Assembly: GCA_964491425.1 (NCBI GenBank)
Contig: CAZBFR010000001.1
Location: 1-40,698, forward strand
From: an uncultured Gammaproteobacteria bacterium
GTDB taxonomy: Bacteria > Patescibacteriota > Patescibacteriia > UBA9934
Length of the DNA: 40,698 nt
Direction: 5' to 3'
Positions 32,391 to 40,698 of this stretch are shown piece after piece. Position 1 is the stretch's first letter. The number at the start of each line of letters is the position of its first letter. The translations under genes and the position numbers were made by a program. Under the pieces are notes generated by a model, which was not told the origin of the DNA, did no database searches, and saw only the letters and a program-made list of their open reading frames with translations.

Positions 32391-32426
32391 AAAGCCCGCC
32401 GAGGACCGAAAGGTTCCGGCGGGCTT
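32391..32426 (+). terminator. Long hairpin after the high-GC ORF
   Basis: AAAGCCCGCCGAGGACC-gaaa-GGTTCCGGCGGGCTTT (GAAA tetraloop) followed by a weak T tract, CTGCATCTC. Confidence 0.5.
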
Positions 32427-32517
32427 TCTGCATCTCAAAAAATTTTGTCAAGGGTCGGGGACTTGAACGGCTCGCTAAAATTTGCACGAAAAATAAGGCG
32501 AAGTTGTGCGAAAAGCA

Positions 32518-32546
32518 TTGACAGGAAATAGATTAAACCGCATAAT
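32518..32546 (+). promoter_or_regulatory. Candidate ATP synthase operon promoter
   Basis: TTGACA (32518-23), 17-nt spacer, CATAAT (32541-46). Implies a very short leader before ATG 32557. Confidence 0.4.
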
Positions 32547-32556
32547 CACCCCGTTT

Positions 32557-32778
32557 ATGAGAATCTTTACATGGAAGCAACGAGTTATCGTTTTTGGGTC
32601 AACACTCTTGACCGTCGGGCTCTTTGTTCTCGTTGGCTACCTTATTGGTCGCCTTGTAAATGATATCCCGCTTCTAATAGCGCTTTCAGTCCTTGTTTCG
32701 TACCCTTTTTCGCAATTTACAATCATAAAGGCCTTAAAAAAGACGAATTACGGGGGCGCGTTAGAGAAAAAGCACTAA
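32557..32778 (+). CDS. AtpZ/AtpI-like small membrane protein
   Basis: Two TM helices, first gene of the atp operon. Start uncertain: GTG 32506 or ATG 32557. Confidence 0.45.
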   Translation: MRIFTWKQRVIVFGSTLLTVGLFVLVGYLIGRLVNDIPLLIALSVLVSYPFSQFTIIKALKKTNYGGALEKKH

Positions 32779-32779
32779 T

Positions 32780-33571
32780 ATGGAATTTGCTCTTCCTTCC
32801 ACAATCTATACAACGGTTCTTGGCTTTCCGATCACAGATTCCTTTATAGGTGCCTTGATTGTTTCGTTTGTCATGGTTGTTGTTCTTGTGTTTGTCGGTT
32901 CTCGAGCGACGCTCGTTCCTTCGCGTCTTCAAAGCCTGTTTGAGATTGTTACGGAGTTTCTACTTGGACTTCTCGAGAACGCGTTTCGGGATAAAAAGAA
33001 AGCTCGTACATTCTTCCCGTTTTTCATGACTTTGATGTTGTTAATTACATTCGCAAACCAAATTGGAGTTGCCCCACTACTTTTTGAGATTACCTATCGT
33101 GGAGCTGACGCGATTCGTCAACCGACCTCCGATCTTTCGCAAACGGTTGCTCTCGCACTTATCATTTTTGTCCTTTCAAATGTTCTCGCACTTTCCGTTT
33201 CACCGATGAAGCATCTTTCAAACTTTATCGCGATAGGTCCTCTTCTTCGCGCGCGTTCGCTTGGCGCAGTCTTTCAGGCGGTTATCGATCTCTTTATCGG
33301 TGTGTTAAATATTGTCGGAGAACTAGCGAAGGTGATTTCGCTTTCTTGCCGTCTTTTTGGAAACATTTTTGCGGGAAACGTTATGATCGCTGTTATCGGC
33401 GGGCTCGCCGTGTTTACGTCCGTCATTGTTCCTATTCCGTTTATTTTTCTCAGCATTTTTTCAGGATTCGTTCAGGCATTTGTGTTTACAATGCTTGGAA
33501 TTCAGTTCGTTGCTGGGGCGATTGACGGAGCGACGCCGACGCCCGCCGAAACGGAGCCAGCGCAAGCGTAG
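32780..33571 (+). CDS. atpB: F-type ATP synthase Fo subunit a
   Basis: CRLFGNIFAGN motif with the conserved Arg, five or more TM helices, operon position. Confidence 0.9.
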   Translation: MEFALPSTIYTTVLGFPITDSFIGALIVSFVMVVVLVFVGSRATLVPSRLQSLFEIVTEFLLGLLENAFRDKKKARTFFPFFMTLMLLITFANQIGVAPLLFEITYRGADAIRQPTSDLSQTVALALIIFVLSNVLALSVSPMKHLSNFIAIGPLLRARSLGAVFQAVIDLFIGVLNIVGELAKVISLSCRLFGNIFAGNVMIAVIGGLAVFTSVIVPIPFIFLSIFSGFVQAFVFTMLGIQFVAGAIDGATPTPAETEPAQA

Positions 33572-33649
33572 TGAACCCTGCGCCTTTCGTCTTTTTGGAC
33601 GAAGAGCGGAGTGTTTACTCACATAATTCATTATTCATTAATTCATATT

Positions 33650-33880
33650 ATGGAATTAGAAGCAGCAAAAGTTATTGCGGCAGGTATCGCGATGGGTCTT
33701 GGAGCTATCGGTCCGGCTGTCGGAGAAGGGTTCGTTGGTGGAAAAACGATGGAAGCGATCGGACGTAATCCATCCGTTTCGGATAAATTGATCCCAAACA
33801 TGGTTGTCGCTATGGCGATTACTGAGTCGACGGGTATCTATTCGCTCGTTATCGCTCTTATCATTCTCTTCGTTGTCTAA
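33650..33880 (+). CDS. atpE: F-type ATP synthase Fo subunit c
   Basis: Hairpin of two TM helices, loop GRNP, carboxylate in AMAITESTGIYSLV. Start at ATG 33650 rather than GTG 33611. Confidence 0.9.
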   Translation: MELEAAKVIAAGIAMGLGAIGPAVGEGFVGGKTMEAIGRNPSVSDKLIPNMVVAMAITESTGIYSLVIALIILFVV

Positions 33881-33886
33881 CGTTTT

Positions 33887-34387
33887 ATGGAAGCACTCGC
33901 GAATTTAGGAATCGATCTTAAGGGTGTCGTCTTGTATATCGTGAACTTCGGTATCTTGATGGCGCTTCTTTATCGATTTGCGTATAAACCTTTGCTCGCG
34001 ATGCTCGACAAGCGACGCGACGTTATTCGCGATAATATCGAAGAGGCCGAGCGACTTCGAAAAGAGTTTGAATCGAAGGCGGTTGAAGAGGCGAGTCTTC
34101 GAGGCGCCCGTGAGGCGGAGCTGGACGCGCGTATCGCAAAGGCAAAGAAGCTCGCGAAGGACGATGCGAAAAAATTAATCTCTGACGCGCAAGCGCAACG
34201 AGATGCAATGCTTGCGGCCGCGAATAAAGCGGTTGAAGAGGCAATGAAAAATACAATCAAGGGTTCCGAAGAGGAAATCTTAAAGCGCGTACGAGCGGTT
34301 GTGTCGTCGGTGCTTCAAGGTGGAGTTTCGGAGGCGGAGATTAAGAAGAGCGTAGACGAAAGTTGGAAGCGACTTGCGAAGGTTTAA
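33887..34387 (+). CDS. atpF: F-type ATP synthase Fo subunit b
   Basis: Single N-terminal TM helix followed by a long charged helix. Operon position. Confidence 0.85.
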   Translation: MEALANLGIDLKGVVLYIVNFGILMALLYRFAYKPLLAMLDKRRDVIRDNIEEAERLRKEFESKAVEEASLRGAREAELDARIAKAKKLAKDDAKKLISDAQAQRDAMLAAANKAVEEAMKNTIKGSEEEILKRVRAVVSSVLQGGVSEAEIKKSVDESWKRLAKV

Positions 34388-34388
34388 T

Positions 34389-34994
34389 ATGATAACGGAT
34401 ATTTTTCGTGCGGTGACTCTGGATCTTGGGAACGCGATAAAAGACGCGGAGTACTTTACGTTACCGCAAGCACAGCGTGAAAAACGGGTGGCGGAGGTCA
34501 TGGCGAAAGACTATCCGAGCAATCTTCGAAAGGTTGCATTCTCGATTGACGATAAGGAGTTTATTAGGGAGATGAAGCTTATTGGAGGACTTCTCGCGGA
34601 GTCCGGATCGATTATCGAGCGTGCCGTTCTTCTTTCCGGGTCGTCTAAGATTTTCGAAGCGTTTCTTAAGGACTTGAACGCGATTCGGTCCTACCGCTCG
34701 AAAGATTCGGTACTTGGTAGGGCAATGCAAAAGTTCGAAGACGCGGGGCCACAGTACGAAAAATCGCTCGATCGCGAGTTCCAACAACTTCTCTTGTCGG
34801 CGAAGAATCAGGACTCTCCAATCTTCCAAACGGCTTGGCCGATTGATGAGAAGGTGGATACGAAGGGAGTCGGAGTGCCGTCGGTCGAAGTGTCACGGGC
34901 GCTCCTTGGAGGAGCGAGGCGGTTCTACGACGGAGAGTTGGTCGACGATAGTTGGCGTGCGAGGTTAACAAGTATTCTCAAGGTTATTTCATAG
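34389..34994 (+). CDS. atpH: F-type ATP synthase subunit delta (OSCP), divergent
   Basis: Lies between atpF and atpA. The C-terminal [20 protein letters not shown] resembles the delta C-terminal block. The N-terminal part is poorly conserved. Confidence 0.65.
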   Translation: MITDIFRAVTLDLGNAIKDAEYFTLPQAQREKRVAEVMAKDYPSNLRKVAFSIDDKEFIREMKLIGGLLAESGSIIERAVLLSGSSKIFEAFLKDLNAIRSYRSKDSVLGRAMQKFEDAGPQYEKSLDREFQQLLLSAKNQDSPIFQTAWPIDEKVDTKGVGVPSVEVSRALLGGARRFYDGELVDDSWRARLTSILKVIS

Positions 34995-34995
34995 T

Positions 34996-36501
34996 ATGAG
35001 TGAACAATCATTAAAACAATTTTTTGCCTCGTTTGATTCGGCGCTTCAGTCGGCGGATTTGCGCGAAACAAAAAAGAAGGCGGGTATCGTTCGATCGGTT
35101 AAAGACGGCGTTATCCATATTTACGGACTCCTTGGTCTTCGGATGGGAGAGGTTGTTCATGTTGAAGAGGCGGGAATTGACGCGCTCGTTATGCAACTTG
35201 ACGGACGCAACACCTACGCCGTTCAACTTCAAACAAGCCTTGAGGTAACGGAAGGTCAGGCGGTTGTCACGACCGGAAACTTCCTTGGAATCAATGTTTC
35301 AAAGGCGATTCTTGGACGTGTTGTAAACCCAATTGGAGCTCCTGAAGACGGTCACGGCGAGATTAAGGGAGACGAGTTTATGCCCCTTGAGCGTATTGCT
35401 CCGGGCGTAATGACCCGAGAGCCAGTTTCGCAACCGGTGCAAACGGGAATTTTAGCGATTGACGCGATGATCCCGGTCGGACGAGGGCAGCGCGAGCTTA
35501 TTATCGGAGACCGACAAACGGGAAAGACCGCTGTTGCGCTCGACACGATTATCAATCAAAAGGGACAGGACATGATTTGTGTCTACGTTGCGATTGGTCA
35601 ACGCGAGTCAAACACCGCAACCGTTGTGCGAAAGCTTGAGGCGCACGGAGCGATGGATTACACGGTTGTTGTTTCAGCCGGTGCTTCGTCGTCTGCGGTT
35701 ATGCAGTTCCTCGCGCCATACGCGGGAGCGGCGATTGGAGAATATTTCATGGGGAAGGGAAAGGATGTACTCGTTGTGTACGACGATCTTTCAAAACACG
35801 CGGTTGCGTATCGAGAGCTTTCGCTTCTTCTAAGACGTCCACCGGGTCGAGAAGCGTATCCAGGAGACGTATTTTATCTCCACTCACGACTTCTTGAGCG
35901 TTCGGCGCGACTTAATAAGGAAAACGGCGGAGGATCGATTACCGCGCTTCCGATTGTCGAGACGCAAGCGAACGACGTTTCGGCGTATATTCCGACAAAC
36001 GTTATTTCGATTACGGACGGACAGATTTTCCTTGAGTCCGACTTGTTCAATAGTGGAATTAAGCCGGCGATCAATATCGGTATTTCGGTTTCGCGCGTTG
36101 GAGGTTCGGCCCAAACCCATATCATGAAAAAAGTTTCGGGTTCAGCAAAACTCGATCTTGCACAGTACTACGAGCTTTCGGCGTTCACGCAGTTCGCGAG
36201 CGAACTCGACGAGGCGACGAAGAAGCAATTGACCCGTGGAGAGCGCGTTGTTGAAGCAATGAAGCAAAAGGAAAATAAGCCTTGGAAGCTTTGGCAAGAG
36301 GTAGTCATTTTGCGCTCGGCGACGGGAGGATTCCTCGATGCGGTGCCGGTATCCGAGGTAAAGAAGATGCTTGAACATGTTCTCTCCATGATCGAAACGG
36401 AAGAGAAGGATCTTGTTGCGTCGATCGAGAAAGAAAAGAAATTGACGGATGAAATCGCGGAAGCGTTAACAAACGCAATCAAGAAAGCACTAACCAAGTA
36501 A
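34996..36501 (+). CDS. atpA: F-type ATP synthase subunit alpha
   Basis: Walker A GDRQTGKT, plus [26 protein letters not shown]. Confidence 0.95.
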   Translation: MSEQSLKQFFASFDSALQSADLRETKKKAGIVRSVKDGVIHIYGLLGLRMGEVVHVEEAGIDALVMQLDGRNTYAVQLQTSLEVTEGQAVVTTGNFLGINVSKAILGRVVNPIGAPEDGHGEIKGDEFMPLERIAPGVMTREPVSQPVQTGILAIDAMIPVGRGQRELIIGDRQTGKTAVALDTIINQKGQDMICVYVAIGQRESNTATVVRKLEAHGAMDYTVVVSAGASSSAVMQFLAPYAGAAIGEYFMGKGKDVLVVYDDLSKHAVAYRELSLLLRRPPGREAYPGDVFYLHSRLLERSARLNKENGGGSITALPIVETQANDVSAYIPTNVISITDGQIFLESDLFNSGIKPAINIGISVSRVGGSAQTHIMKKVSGSAKLDLAQYYELSAFTQFASELDEATKKQLTRGERVVEAMKQKENKPWKLWQEVVILRSATGGFLDAVPVSEVKKMLEHVLSMIETEEKDLVASIEKEKKLTDEIAEALTNAIKKALTK

Positions 36502-36502
36502 T

Positions 36503-38768
<2,266 letters not shown>

Positions 38769-38769
38769 T

Positions 38770-39180
38770 ATGCAGACATTTCACGCAACTCTACGGACGC
38801 CAACGGCGATTCTCTTTGACGGAGAAGTAGAGTCGTTGAAATTGAAGACGGATTTAGGGCGAATGGAGATTCTTCCAAATCACGCAACGCTTGTCGGGAC
38901 GATTCTTTACTCCCGAGTATTCGTTAAGAGCGCGGGAGATGAAAAGGAGTTCATTATTCGGCAGGGGTCCGTTTCGGTTGACGAAGCGGGAAGCGCCTCC
39001 GTTCTTTCCGCCGAGGGTCACGCCGAGGAGACACTCGGGGTTCACGATATCGACGATTATCTTCGCTATATCACGGGAGTCCTTCATAGTGGCAAGCCGC
39101 TTAACGAGTATCAAAAGAGATTCCTTGAGGAGCAGCGTTACGCCTTCGAAGAAACGAAAAAAGAAAAGCAAGCAACCTAA
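38770..39180 (+). CDS. atpC: F-type ATP synthase subunit epsilon
   Basis: Start MQTFHATL lies 1 nt after the atpD stop. Beta-sandwich region with ILPNHATLV, then a helical tail. Confidence 0.85.
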   Translation: MQTFHATLRTPTAILFDGEVESLKLKTDLGRMEILPNHATLVGTILYSRVFVKSAGDEKEFIIRQGSVSVDEAGSASVLSAEGHAEETLGVHDIDDYLRYITGVLHSGKPLNEYQKRFLEEQRYAFEETKKEKQAT

Positions 39181-39212
39181 AAATCGCCTCCGGGCGGTTT
39201 TTGGTTTTCCCC
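39181..39212 (+). terminator. Terminator after the atp operon
   Basis: CGCC-tccg-GGCG core hairpin followed by GTTTTTGGTTTT. Confidence 0.5.
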
Positions 39213-39275
39213 AGCGATATACAGGCGAGTGGCTCGATCTTTGTTATACTGAAGACAATAAAATTAGCGAGGACT

Positions 39276-40698
39276 ATGAAAAAATCAAATTATCAGGCGG
39301 TAAAAGCGACGGGAATAGCGCTCCTTGTTGCGACGCTTACATTTACGTCGATGGTTTTGTGGAAGAAAGCTTTTTTTGCAACGGGTGAGGTGTCTAGTTA
39401 TCAACAAATAACGATGAACGTCGGAGGTTTTACGGGTACACTCGACGCTGCTGATCAATTTGGAAATGCCGTTGCCTCGATCGGAGATCTAAATGGGGAC
39501 GGAATTGAGGACCTGGCTGTTGGTTCGGTTTTTGACGATGACGGTGGGGCGAGCTCCAACAGAGGAGCGGTGTTTATTTTATTCATGGATGCGGACGGAA
39601 CGGTCGATGATACGACCGGTTATGCGAAAATTTCCGATACTGCCGGAAGCTTTTCCGCAACGTTTTCAAATAATGATAACTTTGGGCTTGCAATCGGAAA
39701 CATTGGAGATCTTAATAATGATGGCGTTACGGACTTAATCGTTTCCTACTCGCTCGGATACTACGTTCTCTATCTCGATGCGGATGGAACGCTCGACGCA
39801 ACGGCCGGAAGCGGTGCCGGATGGACAAAATCGACCTATTCTTCGCTCGGGATTAGTACTATTAGTGGTTTTGCGGGAATCGGGGATTTGAACGGTGACG
39901 GCGTTGAGGACGTCGCGGCATCCGCTCCTTCGATTGCTGGTGGGGGCACGGGGCGCGGAGGACTTTACATTCTTTATTTTGATACAGACGGAACGCTCGA
40001 CAACTCCGTGCCATACAGCACTATTACAGATAACCAGGGTGGCTTAACCGCAGTTCTTGCGGACAATGCCGCTTTTGGTAACTCGATCGCGAACATTGGC
40101 GACTTAAACGACGATGGAATAGTAGACTTGGCGGTTGGGACGGTTCTGGATGGTGGTTACAAAGGATCGGTATATGTACTGTTTTTAGATGCGGACGGGA
40201 CGCTTGATGATACGGTTGATCATGCGAAAATTTCAAGTGCGACAACCGGTTTTACAACGGCATTGGATACCTATGACAACTTTGGTAAAGCAGTTGATGG
40301 GCCGGGTGATCTTAATGGAGATGGTATTGAGGATATCGTGATTGCCGCATCGGACGATGATGATGGAGCTTCTGGGCGCGGTGCAATTTATGTTTTTTTC
40401 ATGGATACGGACGGGACGCCGGACGACGCGTCTCCGTTTTACCGCAAGATTTCCGACACTGCTGGAAATTTCACGGCAACGTTTACTTCCGGTGATCAAT
40501 TTGGATCGGGAGTCGCGAGTGCTGATATTAACGATGATGGTGTAAAAGATCTTTTTGTTGGAGCTAGAACAAATGATACTTATACGACGAATGCCGGTGC
40601 TTTGTATACTCTTTTCTTGGAATCGGGCGACTCCACCGCCCCAACCGTTGGTGGCGGGGGGACTATTACGGAATCCGCAGACACCGACACGTCTATCT
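39276..40698 (+). CDS. FG-GAP repeat (integrin-alpha-like beta-propeller) surface protein, 3'-truncated by window edge
   Basis: Not in the ORF track because the frame stays open to the window end. Starts MKKSNYQAVKATGIALLVATLTF (anchor). At least six repeats of FG..[VI]...GD[LI]N.DG..D[LIV], each followed by G..Y[IV][LF][FY][LM]D.DGT. Confidence 0.85.
   Translation, partial: MKKSNYQAVKATGIALLVATLTFTSMVLWKKAFFATGEVSSYQQITMNVGGFTGTLDAADQFGNAVASIGDLNGDGIEDLAVGSVFDDDGGASSNRGAVFILFMDADGTVDDTTGYAKISDTAGSFSATFSNNDNFGLAIGNIGDLNNDGVTDLIVSYSLGYYVLYLDADGTLDATAGSGAGWTKSTYSSLGISTISGFAGIGDLNGDGVEDVAASAPSIAGGGTGRGGLYILYFDTDGTLDNSVPYSTITDNQGGLTAVLADNAAFGNSIANIGDLNDDGIVDLAVGTVLDGGYKGSVYVLFLDADGTLDDTVDHAKISSATTGFTTALDTYDNFGKAVDGPGDLNGDGIEDIVIAASDDDDGASGRGAIYVFFMDTDGTPDDASPFYRKISDTAGNFTATFTSGDQFGSGVASADINDDGVKDLFVGARTNDTYTTNAGALYTLFLESGDSTAPTVGGGGTITESADTDTSI

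Noticed and set aside
30870-32487. Long ORFs antisense to or out of frame with the high-GC gene (30870-31742, 31567-32487, 31647-32141, 31667-31999, 31896-32195)
   Set aside because: Their products are Arg/Ser/Pro/Gly-rich, as expected from stop-codon depletion in GC-rich DNA. Only the 30925-32373 frame has G/C-biased third positions, an SD, and a promoter and terminator in the right places.
39400-40698. Roughly 200-nt periodicity that might suggest a tandem DNA repeat or CRISPR-like array
   Set aside because: The periodicity comes from protein-level FG-GAP repeats inside one open reading frame. There are no identical direct repeats with unique spacers. No CRISPR array was seen anywhere in the window.

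Overview
Compact bacterial chromosomal segment. G+C is about 50% by spot counts, and genes often meet at 1-nt or 4-nt junctions. I call about 50 protein genes and 3 tRNAs. I found no rRNA, CRISPR array, transposase, integrase or reverse transcriptase.

Core content, left to right:
- 5'-truncated RND transporter
- RluA-family pseudouridine synthase, a SAM methyltransferase, and a divergent DEAD-box helicase
- RsmB/F-type m5C methyltransferase
- ABC-2 exporter pair
- small exported LTxxQ protein downstream of an OmpR-type response regulator and histidine kinase
- DUF456-like membrane protein
- CsoR-CopA copper operon, extended by an HMA-fused membrane protein and a cupredoxin-like protein
- phosphodiester glycosidase
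- RelE-type toxin-antitoxin pair
- tRNA-Trp divergent from tRNA-Thr/tRNA-Tyr
- MsrA, Nudix hydrolase, TypA/BipA
- complete F1Fo ATP synthase operon (AtpZ-like, B, E, F, H, A, G, D, C)
- 3'-truncated FG-GAP surface protein

Most unusual observations:
1. Three single-gene high-GC islets (62-68% in spot-counted lines versus 37-50% in neighbours). Two encode orphan proteins and sit behind host-type TTGACA-17-TAATTT promoters.
2. A 26-bp perfect duplication of the typA 3' end brackets a 641-bp cassette. The cassette carries one of three paralogous small membrane-protein genes.
3. A roughly 2.5-kb islet (nitrilase-superfamily gene, GNAT-like gene, orphan) lies next to tRNA-Trp, with a decayed tRNA-3'-end-like repeat at its far edge.
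4. 11-bp-phased CTTCAT direct repeats lie upstream of both the two-component operon and the LTxxQ gene.
5. Eleven operon junctions use the same stop-T-start arrangement.

No known defence or mobile system is recognisable. The candidates for something undescribed are the orphan high-GC genes, the typA-linked cassette with its membrane-protein family, and the tRNA-Trp islet. A Patescibacteria/CPR-like origin is a guess from gene content only.
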